This document shows positions 12,481 through 28,404 of a stretch of DNA of 64,000 nt, in pieces. The stretch is from Octopus vulgaris (taxonomy: Eukaryota): the NCBI GenBank assembly GCA_951406725.2, contig OX597814.1, positions 65,782,001 to 65,846,000 on the forward strand, read 5' to 3'. The notes beneath the pieces were generated by a model, which was not told where the DNA came from, did not search any database, and saw only the letters and a program-made list of their open reading frames with translations. Position numbers and translations under genes: made by a program. Every line of letters begins with the position of its first letter. Within the stretch, counting starts at the first letter, position 1.

Positions 12481-14353
12481 CATACAAAGATTCATACATA
12501 TACATGTACATGCATTCATTCAAAGATTCATATATATATACATACATACATTCAGTCAGTCATTCAAAGATACATACGTACATACATACATACATACATG
12601 CACACGCACACTTACATACGCGTCCACACACACATAGTTATACCGTGATGCGCAACTTCTCTTCGTCTTCAACCATCTCTGCGTTCCCGCCTATCTTTCT
12701 TGTTTTTCCCATTCTTTTCTAATCTTATTCTCTTTCTCTCCCTTGTTTCTCTATCTCCCTCTTCTCTCATTGCATATTTTCCTGAATGTCTCTTCCATTC
12801 CTTTTTAACTCTTTCATAAACTCTCTACTTTTCAAATCCCCGTTTCCCTGCTAATCTTTCTATCTCCCTGTGGCCCACTATTTCTAACACCTCCCATGGT
12901 TATTCCTCCGCTTCCCCTTCCAGTCTCAAACACACAACTAAAAAGCACTAACATGTACCAAATTTCTCCAACGCATTTTCTTTCCCTTTAATCAGTTAGG
13001 ATTTTCCTTGCCCTCGGGTCATTTCAACATCGCCCAGTTAAATCTGGTTCGTACCTTTGAGTCTTATTTAGTTGTTTAAATATATTCATTTTTCCTATTT
13101 ATCTTTAATATATTTATTCATTTATTTCTTTTTACTGGTTTGTTTTGGCTTTCAGATTCTATTTTATTTTTCGGGTTACATATTTTTATTCCATTTTATT
13201 TTTCTTCTTTCATTATCCTTCAGTAAAATAGTTTACTACTGCTGCCAAAACATTTGCACTCTGGCATCAGCAGAAAGAGAGTCAGTCGCAGGCGACATCT
13301 GCAATCCATTGAAAGACTTCCCACTTGTCTGGTTTCATAAACCAATTCCAATACTTTTTCTTCCATTTTTTTTCTATTTTTTCTCAAGATAGCATTTTCA
13401 GACAGAACGTAGATTAGACATTTTCTCGTCTGTGCTTATGCATTTCTGAATTTTAGGGGTCAATGAAATACATTGAAGCATATACCTGAGATCATGCTTT
13501 CAACTTATACTTTTAACTATGTAAATGTAAGGATTATAAAATATTTACTATAGTCTGACGGCAAATAACATCAGTCAAGAAAACACTAATTATAGTATTA
13601 TTTTGAACATATAGAACATTTTTTTTATTATCGTTGTCGATGTTTGGCGCCAGGTCAACCATGATGAAACCATTCTAATAGGAATTTCAACTGTGACCAT
13701 ATTGTCTATTCATTTTTCAAGAATTATTTCCATCGTACAGCATTATCAGAAATATTTGGCTACTATTCCTAGCAGTCTGAATGATTTATTTTGGTGTGGG
13801 TTAACGTCAACATGTCATGTGACTATTAAAAATGAGTCTGTCACAAACAAAATAGTTATAATGAATTGTATGCCCTCCGTATATTCAGAATTGCGGACTG
13901 TACAACTTCATGGCCTAATTCAAAAGCAACACTATTTTTTTTAAAATTGAGATCAACAACTATGAATGTTATATTCCATGACCTTTGGCAGTGAATATAC
14001 ATTTGAAACTAACAGCCCTGTAAAAGTAAGGCTAAATAAAGATCATACAGGTGTGATCCGTGAGATGGGAAAATTAAACAAGACCGATAATTTGTGGAGG
14101 TCAAAGGAAAGACATAGAGCAAAGTCGAACATTGGAAAGTGAGACGACTGACAGAATCAGAGCATACACTGGGTTTCGGAAGGTTAATCATTAGTGGTGA
14201 AATACATATGAGAGCCTTCAAATTAGAAAAAAAAATGTTTGGTTTAAATTTCCTACCTTCCATAAGCTAATTGTTCTACATGACAATAAGATTGAGAATA
14301 TAAGTGTTAAGTGTAGATTACTTTGGAGGTATTGAAATATTTGGGTCAGTCAG

Positions 14354-14429
<76 letters not shown>

Positions 14430-14430
<1 letters not shown>

Positions 14431-14633
14431 ACCAGCCTCCCCTCTTCACGCCACCGATGTTATCCAAGGGAAAGGTAAAAGCCGATACAGCTTGGCACCA
14501 GTGACGTCGCAGCTCATTTATTATCGTGCAAGGGGCTGTACACGTGTACCCCTAACGTAGTTCTCGGGGAGATTCATCGTGACAAAGATTGTGACAAGGC
14601 TGTTAATATGTTTGCATTCCCTTTGAAATACAG

Positions 14634-14638
<5 letters not shown>
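14430..14638 (-). mobile_element. SINE fragments (partly family C-related)
   Basis: cctttgaaatacagg and gtgacaaggc match the reverse complement of 5550-5595. Confidence 0.55.
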
Positions 14639-14673
<35 letters not shown>

Positions 14674-14829
14674 TTTAATTTCGTTTACGGAAACCGTTTG
14701 AATATGCATATAAAAATACCTATTATATTATGTCAGCTACAACTTAATGATGCCAATTGGCAATACCAATTTTGGAGGGGTTGTACTGAGCTGGGCTCAT
14801 ATAATGTAGGGTAAATATAGTAATAACAA

Positions 14830-15450
14830 GAATCTTTGGATGAAAATTGTACATATTTTAATGCATCGCTAGGCACGTTTCCATAACATAAATGTTTCTT
14901 AAGATCATAGTCCGTATCCCAGGACTGATTACAGTGCAGTCCGTAGTATCCATAGACATCGGATAGATCATGTTCATGTATTCATTTCTTTATATATATA
15001 CATTGGTTAAAGCGGAACGAGGAAGATGCGTCGCCAGGACGAGTGGTATATGAGTATACCACTGGAATGGGCAATCTACTGCCATGAATTTAACAGAGAT
15101 TTCGATTTCGAATTTTCAGAACATTACTGAAAAAGGCCAGTAGGTTCAGTAGCCGAAACCTTGAAACTGTAATAACCAAGATGAGGACACTGGTTTAGAT
15201 ATATGTTTCGAGACAGATTCTTGACCTTACCATCACTGATGAGGTCATCAGTAATTGTGCGGCCAAGAATTCGTGTGAGCCTACAAAATATTGTTGAATC
15301 TGGGTAAGAAGTAAAGAAAACATTAAACTTTAAGTTGCTGATACTGCTAATACCAGAATGGCACATAAAACTCATTTCCTGCTACCACGCATTCACCAAT
15401 ATAGTACAATCAAATATTTACAGTCTATTCTGATGGTGCTAATTCAACTG
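14830..15450 (-). mobile_element. Old LINE RT C-terminal fragment (RTE-X-like)
   Basis: ILGRTITDDLISDGKVKNLSRNIY..FQ*CSENSK resembles the YLG..I.DDL.D...R..Y...F..CS..K motif. Highly degenerate. Confidence 0.35.
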
Positions 15451-16514
15451 TTACATCTCTTCTAAGGCAGCACTCCACGCACACCCAGCACTCCACCCTC
15501 ACATCCAATGTACCCCCTCACTTTGCCCTGTAGCTGAACACCCCAAACCCGCAATAAACATTTTACTACCTTTTTATTTTCATTCACAATCGCGGGAAAA
15601 CTTATTTCATGCATACATGTACAGCAGTAATTGCCAATTATTTTGATTTCGTTAAATATTGAAAATCAATTGTAAAAAATATAAGCGTATCTCACAGGGG
15701 AAACTAAAAAACTAGAATTAAGATTTAAACTTAATAATTCAGAAACAATATTAAAAAATTTCACTACCATATTTTATTAATCAAACCTGTGTTGAACAGA
15801 ATTATAAGTAACATTTATCGAACACTTGGTGCTTTTTCTACACGCGTAGTTTATTTTTCTTGAAATTCACGATATATCTATACGTCTTTTGAGGCATAAC
15901 GTTTCTGAGTAAATTTATTTTGTAGAGTATGATAACGTTACGCAGTTTGTATCTCATTTTTTCTTAGGCGAGAGTCATATAATATATGTTTCGTTTGATA
16001 AAATACGTTCATTTCATGTTACAAAAAGATGCACCTCATCCAGTTATATTTATATTATCAAAAACCGATCTACACATAGGGATGAGTTAGATAAAACATA
16101 ATATTAATACCTCTATGACTATTTATTTAAGAGTTATCTTGCAAAAAGTGAACAGGGATGTCTAACGGTATAGTGAGATACATGCGGTTAATTAAGTAGT
16201 TATTTGACAGAATCGTTGAACATCAGTTAAGATTCTGGTTTACTAAGACTGTACTGCTATTCCAATATCCAAGGAGACAAATTCACTAAGAAGCACGTGT
16301 GCTACAAAATGACGCTCCCCACTAGTAAAATATAAGTTTTCGCATATATTTCAATTGACACAACTATACATGCAATCAGAACTCAAGGTTTAGCTTAATT
16401 CTTTAAAAAATCCATTTACGCGTCTAAAATATATGAACGTTACATTATCTGTTTCCTATAATACCAAATCAATAGAGGATTTTATTTTCGCCAAAAAGTT
16501 TTGACTTTTAATTA

Positions 16515-16760
16515 TTAACGTGCAAGTGCTTGAGTACTATACGGGCACGCGTACCTTTAACGTAGCTATCATGGAGATTCAGCGTGAAACAGAATGTAAC
16601 AAGTCGTGTAGTTCAAAATACAGGTACTACTCTATTTTGTCAGCAGAGTGGACTGACGTAACCATAACCCTTGCTCAAGGACTTAACGCACAGCAGAGAA
16701 TCGAACTTCCGGCATTATGATCGTGAAGCGAATACCCTAAACACACTACACGCATTCACA
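16515..16760 (-). mobile_element. Diverged SINE (family C-related)
   Basis: attaacgtgcaagtg..cttgctcaaggac..gaatcgaac..gcgaataccctaa; tRNA-like head on the minus strand. Confidence 0.55.
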
Positions 16761-17490
16761 GCACATCAATTAAAGTAGTTCTGGATATGCATGAAAGAAA
16801 GAAAAGGAAAAGGAAAAAGGAGGATTAACACTGCTGGAATTTTTCTGATGACAGATCGGTCCTAATATCAAACCTAGCGTGATCGACTACGGGCGAACCT
16901 AATGTAAGCTACGACCACCGTCACTACCATCATTTTAAAAGTAGCAACCAAGAACAGCAACACAACCACAACAGCATATAAACTCTATATGTTTAGAGAC
17001 AAGGAACCAACAATCTGTCCCATGTAATTCTATAATATACAGAAAATTTCTCTATTTTTAATAAATCTCCGAACGAGATACAAACAGTAACCGCACTTAG
17101 GTTTTCGAGGGAGGATGACCTCCCTTTGCAAATAACACAAGGGCACTGAAATTGTGTCTAAGGCCAGCTGGAGACGTCGATCTCCTGGGGCTAAAAGCGT
17201 CAGTAACACCCCACCCCCAGTGGCTAGCCACATTCAGATGGCTAGTACACTTTACGTTCTCTATTTTTGTTTACCTAAAAAGCGAAATCGAAACAAAGTC
17301 AAGCCATTTAAAGTTTTTGTTTAAGCACTTCCAGTGAAGTAAATGAGACACATTTTTAATTTACTAAGTGAACAAATTTGCCGAAATGACAGAGCTTCGA
17401 AAAATAAACGGGACAGTATTTGTAGTGTTTCGCTATTCTATATCCTGCTTCATTAGTTTACATAATTACATAAAATAAGTACAAGAAATA

Positions 17491-18707
17491 TCAGGTTGAG
17501 TAAAAAGCAAGCAAAATTTTGAATCACGAAGAATTTGTAGCAGATTTTTGCAGAATTTTTAATTGTTTTAAACATTTTCTTTTTTTTTTAAATTGTCTGT
17601 TAATACAGACATATACTTGCAAAAATGCAGCAATAAATTAACATTGATATTTCTTTCACCGTCGTTACAATCATCTGAAATGGAACTGTTAATGAGTGAT
17701 ATTCCAGCAATTCAATTTTGCTATTCAACTTCAAAAAATGACGTAAAGCAGCTGAAACTGTTCGCGATATCAACGAAACGTTTGGTGAGGAAATGACCAC
17801 TGAGTGGCCAGCTCGAAAATGGTTTAAACGATTTTGCAATGAATACCTGAGCCTTGAAGATGACGGTCAATTAAAAACCGTCATTGAGAAAGATCCACGT
17901 AAAACCACTCTAGAACTAGCAAAAGAACTTCAAGTCAGCCAGAAACCTGCCTACAACCATTTTGCATGCGATCGGAAAATCAAAAAACCTTCAACAAATG
18001 GGTACCACACGATTTGAATCAAAATCAGAAAATGCGCAGATATGAAATTTGCTCGTCGCTTTTTCTCCATAACCGGACCGATCCATTTCTCGACTGTATT
18101 GTAACATTGCGATGAAAAATGGATTCTGTACAATAATAAAAAACGTTCTTCGCAGTGGTTGGACCAAGGTTATGGTGACTGTTTGGTGGTGTACTGCTGG
18201 ACTCATCCACTATAATTTCTTAAGACCCGAAAAATCCATTACTGCAGAAACATATTGCCATGAAATTGCCAAAATGAATGAAAAACTGCTATTCCTCCGT
18301 CCCAGACTGGTTAACAGAAGAGGGCCAATCGTTCTTCATGACAATACTCGACCACATGTTTCAGTACTAACTCTCCACAAGTTGAGAGAACTTGGCTAAG
18401 AAGTTCTTCCCCACTCAGCTTATTCCCCAAACCTTTCTCCTATTGACTACTACATTTTCAAGCAGCTTGATGGCTTCCTGCGAGAGAAGTTAAAAAATCA
18501 AGCCAATGCTGAAAGTGTGTTCAAAGTGTTCATCAGCTCCAGATTTCCAGATTTTTATGTTACTGGAATAAACAAATTTGTAATACGTTGGCAAAAATGT
18601 GTTGATTTTAATGGTACTTAGGTTGATGAATAAAATTTCCGCATTGTTGGAATATATTGCGATAAATTTCATGCTTCAAAACTTTGCTTAGCTTTTACTC
18701 TTCCTGA
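17491..18707 (+). mobile_element. Mariner transposon, near full length, pseudogenised
   Basis: TIRs tcaggttgagtaaaaagc / gcttttactcttcctga with TA flanks. KWVPH, CDEKW, KVMVTVWW, HDNTRPH and YSPNLSPIDY motifs. Confidence 0.92.
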
Positions 18708-19012
18708 TATAATTCGATACATCCATTTAACTGACTGCCTAAATTTCCATAAATATTTTATTCAAGGACTAACAAAAATATATACAAGGTATACATTAGT
18801 AAGTGGATAATTGTAGGTCTTAAAGCTCGAAGCAGAACGATTGCATGTCCATCAGCTCTCTGTAAACAATGTTATCTTCAACGTTTTATAAAAATTAGTT
18901 CTTTTGTCACCCATTGAATAGTAGTTGTCTTTATTGTTGTTGTTGGTCAACAATAATCCTGATCTGATTGAACATGTGACATTTTTCTAACATTTTCTAA
19001 CATTTTTCTAAA

Positions 19013-19072
19013 TGGTGGTGGTAGCAGCAGCAGCAGCAGTAGCAGTAGTAGTAGTGGTGGTAGTATTAGTAT

Positions 19073-19113
<41 letters not shown>

Positions 19114-19135
19114 AGATGATGATGAGGAGGAGGTG
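19013..19135. repeat. (GTA/GCA/GGT)n trinucleotide microsatellite
   Basis: Direct reading. Confidence 0.9.
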
Positions 19136-20069
19136 GAGATATTCAAGTCAAATTTTCATACTAATTAAATTAGATTTTACAGTAGTACTATCGTTTACAC
19201 CATTTAGTTGCTTTTTAAGTCCCTATACGCTTTCAGATCTACGTGGATTAAACCATTTGAAGATGAAACTCTTAAGTTACTTAATCCTGCGTACACTAAA
19301 TCCCAACCGTGATAAAAGAAGTCGAACTACCAAAATTTCGGCTATTTCTATCCTATTTACACATCCTCTGTATTCGCTGCTTATAGGAATAGCTAGTTTG
19401 AAATCATTACAGCTCAGTAGAATTTCGTTTCCCTGCAAATGTGTTTAGAAAATCTTCATAATCAATATCTTCGTTTGGCATGTTTCATATTTCTCTTAAT
19501 TAAAACTACTGCTTCAATACATCAATTATAGCGTCTGTACTGGGAAGAATTCTTAAAATTTTATGAAGAAACTTCTAGTAAAACAGTAAATTAAATAATA
19601 GAAAAAAATATCTCGCTTATACGACATTACCCGCTGTTTTATTTCAAATTCTTGCTATATTTATTTCAGGTACAGTTTTATTTCCTGTAAAGGGAGTGTT
19701 TCGTTTATTCGTCAAAGATTTTTAAAAAAGTTTTTACATCTTTTGCATACATATTAATGACACATTCGTCACACAACCGCCACCCCTGCCGCACCCGTAC
19801 ACTACACGCTATATAAAGGACACCCAAACTCTTGGCACTACCATCGGCTTATTATCGACTGCATACCTAATTAACACTGCTATAGCCTCCCAAGACTTCC
19901 TCCACTTTATCACACACTAAGAAATTTTTTTTTTAAATTAAAATTACATTTATTTTCGCTCGAACAACCTGCTAACAAGTTCATCTCTTCCCCGGGTATT
20001 TTATGCGTGCATATAGATAATATAGATACATTTCTGCACATGTGAGTGCTTATCTGACTAATGTGTGTG

Positions 20070-20112
<43 letters not shown>

Positions 20113-20382
20113 ATATATGTACATATATATACATTTACACACACACACATACACACTGGTCATTTAAAGACACTCATATGCACAAAGGTATCTATATTAT
20201 CTATATGTACGCATAAAATACCTGGGAAGACATGAACTTGTCATATATAAATGCATGCATGCATAGTTACATACATACGTGTATGTGTGAGTACGTGTCA
20301 AGATGTATGCATATGTATATATATATGCATATGTATATATGTATATGCGTCAGCTTGCATGCGTGCGTATTTGTTTGTTTGT

Positions 20383-20418
<36 letters not shown>

Positions 20419-21233
20419 TGTGTGAATTTATGCTTTCCTTAATTCTTTTTGTAGCTTCCGTTATCGGACTGCAGTCATGGCAAGGTACCACCTTGAAGTA
20501 TTTTAGTCGATCGTATGAAACCTAGTGCCTATATCGCACTTCTAAGTTGAATCGCTTAAATTCAGGACATATATGGACACGACATAAACACACACATACA
20601 CACATTCACATGCAAAAAACACATAGATACAAATAAATAAACACACACATACGCACAAATTAGAGTGTCAGACAAAAATAAGAAAATAAAAACGGAAAAT
20701 ATCGTTGCAGTGTTTGTTCTGGTAGAACATATTCTGTATTCAGCTGATGTCAAAGTCAACTATCACTTTCATCTCTTTGGGCTCGCGAAGATAGTACCAG
20801 AGAAATACTGGAGTCGATATAATTAACTAAACTAACTCCTCCCACCTAATTAATGGCCTTCTGCCAACACAAGAAGTCATTATTATTATTATTAGCTTTT
20901 TATTTTACCAGTTTTTATATATCATTTGAGATTGACAATGTTTTTGATCCTGTGGTTTATGTCTCTTTAATTTCATTAGTCATTTATAAGTTTATTTGTA
21001 AAACCTCTCCGATATCAATAACATTTCTATTGGTCTCTAATTCCTCCCACTTTCACAAACTTCTAATTTATATTTTCCTCCTACCATACTGATTGATGAG
21101 CCGTTGCCGGCAAAACTTAAATAAAGTTAGTCACTCTGTATTTCTGTATAATAGCAGTTCTATAGATATATGCGCGCGTGCGCGTTTGAATGTGTATATA
21201 TGTGTATCTATCTATCTATATCTATATCAATAT

Positions 21234-21265
<32 letters not shown>

Positions 21266-21304
21266 ATATATATATATATCTATATCTATCTATCTATCTA
21301 TCTA

Positions 21305-21337
<33 letters not shown>

Positions 21338-21338
<1 letters not shown>

Positions 21339-21548
21339 CTTTTACTCTTTTTCTTGTTTCAGTCATGAGACTGCGGCCATGCTGGAGTACCGGCTTATAG
21401 TCGAATAAATCGACCCCAGGACTTATTCTTTTCAAGCCTAGTACTTATTCTATCGGTCTCTTAGGCCGAACCGCTAAGTTACGGGGTCGTAAACACACCA
21501 ACATCGGTTGTCACACGATGGTGGTGGGTTAAACACAGACACACAAAT

Positions 21549-21611
<63 letters not shown>

Positions 21612-21776
21612 TATATATATGACGGCATTATTTCAGTTTCCGTGTACCAAATCCACTCACAATGCTTTGGTCAGCCCGAGGCTATAGTAGAAGACACTTG
21701 CCCAAGTTGTCACACAGTGGGAGTGAACCTGGAACCATGTGGTTGGGAAGCAAGCTTTTTACTACACCGCTGCTCC
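21338..21776 (-). mobile_element. SINE family A, full length
   Basis: Colinear with other family A copies. Confidence 0.9.
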
Positions 21777-21780
21777 TGGG

Positions 21781-21817
<37 letters not shown>

Positions 21818-21818
21818 G

Positions 21819-21855
<37 letters not shown>

Positions 21856-22269
21856 CACAAACAAACAAATACGCACGCATGCAAGCTGACGCATATACAT
21901 ATATACATATGCATATATATATATATATATGCATACATCTTGACACGTACTCACACATACACGTATGTATGTAACTATGCATGCATGCATTTATGTATTA
22001 TGTATGTATGTATGTATGTATGTATGTATGTATGTATATATATGTAATGACTGTAGTTTCCAACGAAAACCACATGTAACTGCACTAGACTAGAATATAC
22101 ATAGATATTTCTGGGCGATAAAGAACATTATCCATTTAATTTTCTATTTCTTTGTATGTATATATACTTTTGAATATACATAAATAATGTCTCCCGAAAC
22201 ATCATATATGTAATTTCTATCAAATTTTACAGTATTTTCAAATATCAAAAGCTATTGATTGATACTTGC

Positions 22270-23450
22270 ATGAATTTGGAAACCTTTAACTTAATAAAAT
22301 TTCTTTTTACAGAATAATCTGCATCTGACTGAATTAATTACTAACATTAACACCTCAAAGTTTAACATGTCGAAGGAGCATTTAATGCACGTACTGCTTT
22401 GTGAATTCAAAAAGCGAAACAAGCAGCAGAAGCAACTCTGTATATAAGGAAGATTGCTTGAATAAAAGAAGTTACAGAAGAGCTCGCAATATTCAAAAAT
22501 GTCCGAAGAGAGAGAGAGAGGGGCCATGAAAAGGACACCCTGTTGAAATTGATGATGAGCTTCTTTTGTCAGAACTTGAGAAGGATAATGTTGTATCAGT
22601 TGAAAAATTGGAAAGCAAGCCATACGATTGTTCCCACTATCTTTAACAGCTTAGAAAGGTGCTCAAACTCAGAAAATGCCCCACCCCTCATAATTTGATT
22701 AAAGGTGACTGAAAATCATGAATGGATATCTGCTCCTCTCTTTACTTTCTTTAACGCATCTCACGATGTGTGGGACAAATTAGTGACTGGTGGTGAAAAG
22801 TGGAATTTTATGAAAATCTTAAGCGACTCAGGATATGGCATGATTGTGGAGAACAAGCTAAACCACAATCCCAAAATGACCTCCATGCAAAAAAAAATGT
22901 TCTTTCTGTTTGGTGGGATTGCATTGGACTCCTCCACTTTAAGCTGCTACCAACAATTACAACAATTACTGCTCACACTTACTGCCAACAATTAAGCGTT
23001 CGGATGCTGCTTTGACAGAAAAAGGCCTGCTTTGGCAAATCGTAAGGAAGTGGTGTTTCATCATGATATTGTAAGACCCTCCCCATACTACAAACATTAC
23101 ATCAGTAAAAATCAAAGAACTTAGCTGGAAAAAACCCTCTCCCTCCTTATTCCCTGACCCCCTTCCTTCTGATTACCATTTGTTTTGAAGCTTAGTGAAT
23201 CATCCAGATGGATTAATACTCAAAAGCCTAAAAATAGGTCGAAACTGACCTCTCTTCCTTCTTCTTACCAATACGAAAAGAGTTTTTACTGATAGAATTT
23301 TTTTAAAAAAGTGATAAGTAGATAGAAGAAACTCATCGATAATGATGGAAATTATATACAGCATTAAAATTTAATAAAATGTAAAATTAAATCACATTTT
23401 TCTTTACCCAAAATTCAGGCATAATTTATCTCCATGCCACATAACCTATT
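22270..23450 (+). mobile_element. Degenerate mariner transposon (ends approximate)
   Basis: LVTGGEKW, VLSVWWD, TYCQQL, VFHHD and PSDYHLF motifs with frameshifts. Confidence 0.8.
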
Positions 23451-23608
23451 TCGAAAACAATCATCACCATCGCTTACATATCAACTAACACAATTACTAC
23501 TCTCACCAGCACTGCTGCTAACTTTTACTGACACATCCACCACAAATACAATTAGTAGCAGTATTCCCATCAAGTTCACCATCACGACTATTATTACTGA
23601 CATTTCCA

Positions 23609-23808
23609 AAGGTGGTGAGTTGGCAAAATCATTAGCACACCAGCCAAAATGCTTAGTGGCATTTCGTTTGCCTTTACGTTCTGAGTTCATAATACGCTGA
23701 GGTTAACTTTGCCTTTCATCCTTTCAGGGTCGATAAAATAAGTACCAGTTGAACACTGAGGTCGATTTAATCGAACTTCCTGGTCTTCTGCCAAAACTTG
23801 AAACCAAT
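23609..23808 (+). mobile_element. SINE family B
   Basis: ggtggtgagttggc..gagttcat..gaggttaactttgcctttcatcctttcagggtcgataaaataagtaccag. Confidence 0.8.
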
Positions 23809-24398
23809 TTTACTAACCTTTCTAACATAGTCACAGTAGTCTACCACATCACGTTGCCTCCTTCTCAACATCCCCTTCACGCAATCGATATTTCTTGTTA
23901 CTAAAGCTTGTTTCTTCAGTAGTATATATCAGGACTGGTTGGTTCCTTTCTAATATGTCTCCAGGTATAACATTTTGAATCACGCATTCTCTACTTCCGT
24001 AGCTGAGAGGGCAAAAGTCTCAGCTAATTAATTTTCTGAACAGCAACTCCCACTGGGTTGCTCTTACGGAAAAATATAATTGAGTCATTTCATTAGATAT
24101 ATTTCAGAATTTTGAAATATTCAACTGGAGTTAGTTTTTAATTATAATAAATGCAACAAATAAATTAACAAAATGTCATAAGCACGCAAATGAGAATACA
24201 CACACACAAACACACACACAAGCAAAGAAACAAACAAACCTACACACGTACATATTATATTATATTATATTATATATATACATACACACACATACACGTA
24301 CATACTCATGTATATACATATATATATATATAAGTATATGTATCATTTAAACTAGTTTTATATTTGATTAAATCGTCATTTCTGTTCCATTGTAAGGA

Positions 24399-24440
24399 AG
24401 CTGTCCGACGAACGGGAACGTGAAACTCTGAGTAACAGTT
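24399..24440 (+). ncRNA. Minimal type I hammerhead ribozyme (CCGACGA core variant) in a PLE-type terminal fragment
   Basis: agctgt-CCGACGA-acg(ggaa)cgt-GAAA-ctc(t)gag-TA-acagtt. Confidence 0.7.
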
Positions 24441-24522
24441 TTTGTGATATTTCTGCTGCTTTTAATAAAGTATATAAATATGAATATATATATATATATG
24501 TGTGTGTATGTATGTGTGTATA

Positions 24523-25327
<805 letters not shown>

Positions 25328-25329
25328 GC

Positions 25330-25512
25330 ACGCATTTTTTTTCTTTCCTTGTTTCTCTCCGTGTTTCTTTTCTGTGTATCTTTCTGTTGAAGAGCGTAGG
25401 CTCGAAGCGTAAAAGACTTGTTTTATTTATATTCCTGAGCGCCATACTAATACAATTGTTTGTTTGTATTCCACCTGCCTTCGTCTTTTGTTTATCTTCA
25501 GAAAGCTTCCCG

Positions 25513-25515
<3 letters not shown>
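25330..25515 (+). mobile_element. Solo PLE terminal repeat, near-identical to 35845-36030, in (TA)n
   Basis: tctttCTGTTGAagagcgtaggctcGAAGcgTAaaaga; ORFs 25224 and 35743 share the same peptide. Confidence 0.8.
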
Positions 25516-25605
<90 letters not shown>

Positions 25606-25648
25606 TATATAAATATAAATATCGATATCTATCTATATGTGTGTATAA

Positions 25649-25679
<31 letters not shown>

Positions 25680-25695
25680 CATATACATACATACA

Positions 25696-25772
<77 letters not shown>

Positions 25773-28404
25773 CATACATGCATACATATATACATAAATA
25801 CGTGCCGGGAAATTGATTATATTTATACATATGTATGTGTTGCGGGTGTGGTGGGAATGTTTATATTAGTATGGGAAGGTGGGGTGAAAAAGAAACATCG
25901 CTACGCTTCTTTCCTAAAAGTTTTTTTTAAACCTATCTCTATCCGCTTGATAGTTTATTTCCTCAATACAAATGCTTTACGTCATTGACATTGATCGACT
26001 TTACTTGCTAGTGAATTTGAAACAGTAGATGTGGAATGGTGGTCAGTGTATTTAAAAGTCGCTGTGACGTTTTGATTAGTCATGTGATCAGTCATGTGCA
26101 CAGCCTCGAAGGGGCTTTCTGCAAGACAGAATGAGATTGCTTTAGCGTGCCCTCCGAGAAGATGTGGCGAGTCATATGATTTCTTCTTTGATCATTAAGT
26201 CCTGAACCGATGCAATGGCTGAATACCTAATAAACCCTAGTAATGTTATATATCATATAGTTAGCCGTTGTCCTAGACGTCCTTCTTGACATATATATGT
26301 GCAGTTGTCATACTTTAAAGTTAATAATTTTTTGGGAAGTGCTGTCAATGCCTTCCACACTTTTGTACAGACATCAAGAGAGGTTCTTGCTGTAAGGTTA
26401 ATTATGTGACTGGTAATTATCGTTAAGCTCTTCTCAACGTGATGTCGTTTCCCGGAAACCAATATCAAAGTAGAATCGAAGTCAGGAATCTGGCGAAAAG
26501 TACTGAAGTTACACAATCAACTATGAGAAAGTTTGCGTATCCAAAAGAACACTTACCACACCACAAAAAAAGTAATGAATTAAAAAACAGCATACATCTT
26601 CAACTATACTACAAACACAGAATTAACCAATCACGAGTCTGACCACATTACAAATATACCACCAATCAAAAGACTTCCAGCATCATTTAATATTATGGAA
26701 ATATTGATTGCCATCCCATTTCCATTATCTTAGTATCACCGACGACTTTAGGCGACACACAAAACATTTTCGTATGGACAAATATATTTCTTCTAATTGT
26801 ATACTCTATTCTCTTCGTTTGGAGTGTTTACGGCGAATTATCTTTGATGTAGAATAACTTTTTATAGATACATTCGTAAAGTGCACTCTTGTGGTGTGCA
26901 TACTACTTCGATAAGAAGAGTAACTGTGATAGTCAATTTGATAAAAAAATATTGATGATATCAAACAAATATTTACGTCCCAAAGGATTCCACCTTATAA
27001 TATAGTTAAAGAACTTAAATTCCACCGATTTCATATAAGTAGAAATTCTCATCCCAGAAAATTGCAACAAATTAGTGAAAGAATTTAGAAGTAAACCGAG
27101 AATACTTGTTCATGCAGATAAAACAGGAAACCGTTATCATTTAGAACCGGAAAGGTACTTCTTTTTAATTAAAAACCAAATTACAAATGATTATAAAATT
27201 ACCTTAAAAGAGAACTTCCTAAACATTAACTTAATTGTGTAAGACAAAACTGAAGAACCATAAGTTGGAGATCAAACTAAACCTTACACACCAAAAAACA
27301 CACAGAATTAATTTTAAAGACCACAAATCTAATTTTCATAATGGTTAGACTGATTAGCCCATCGAAATCAGATATTGGAAAGATTAGTAAATATATTATA
27401 GATAAACATATTCCTAAGCTTAAACAATATATTAATTTATCTTTATGGTCTAATTCCTTGGGGGATATTGTTTAGTTCATTAACATTAAGGGTAAAAACG
27501 TACTACATTGATTCAGCTGGATATTTCTAATTATTACTCATCTATCAAACCTATCCTACTAAATAAAGCATCAATTTCCGCTATGAAGAATTTTAGGTTG
27601 ATATTATATTAACGACTTGCAAAACCATAATTGAATTTAATAGAAAGTATTGTACTGATAGGCCTGATTATTATGACATTACTATGGGGTCCAGTGATTC
27701 AGCTCAACTAACTGATTTAGTCGGTATTTGTATTCTTAATCGTATGCATAACGAAATTCCTGAATGAGTTATATATAGATGACGCTCTATTTACTATACC
27801 TAGATCTAATATGGCTAACTTAGTAAGGTCCTGAAATTTAAAAAAAAATTCAAGCGTCCTGCTCTCACTATCGCTATAGAAAATGACTATACTAAGGTTA
27901 ACTTCCTTGATGTTACTCTTGATTTAAGTAATGAGTTATAACAACCTTATCATAAACTAAATAAAACTCAAATCATCCGAGAAGCATCATAAATTCTATC
28001 ACTAAAAATATATCTACTCGAATTTCGAGACTTTCGACTAATGAGGATATAGTTAAGCAAAATCAAAACTACTAACCACGCATTATTTGAATCTGGATAT
28101 AAAGATAATATTTACTATATCTAGAATCATAATAATAAAATTCCCGGAAATAATAGAATATTAGGAACTCAATAGGGAGCATAATAAAACTAAAAATTTA
28201 GATAGAAATAAATGCATTAAGCAATCTATTTTAGCGAAACTAAATAAAGAAAAAAGCTATAACGATATAAATGTGATCAACAATAAACTAAGTATTGAAG
28301 ATATTATTAACAAGTATATCAATAACTATAGATCTAAATCTCTAGATAATGAATATATGGTTGGTATAAATAATATCAACAACAACAATAATAATAATAA
28401 TAAC

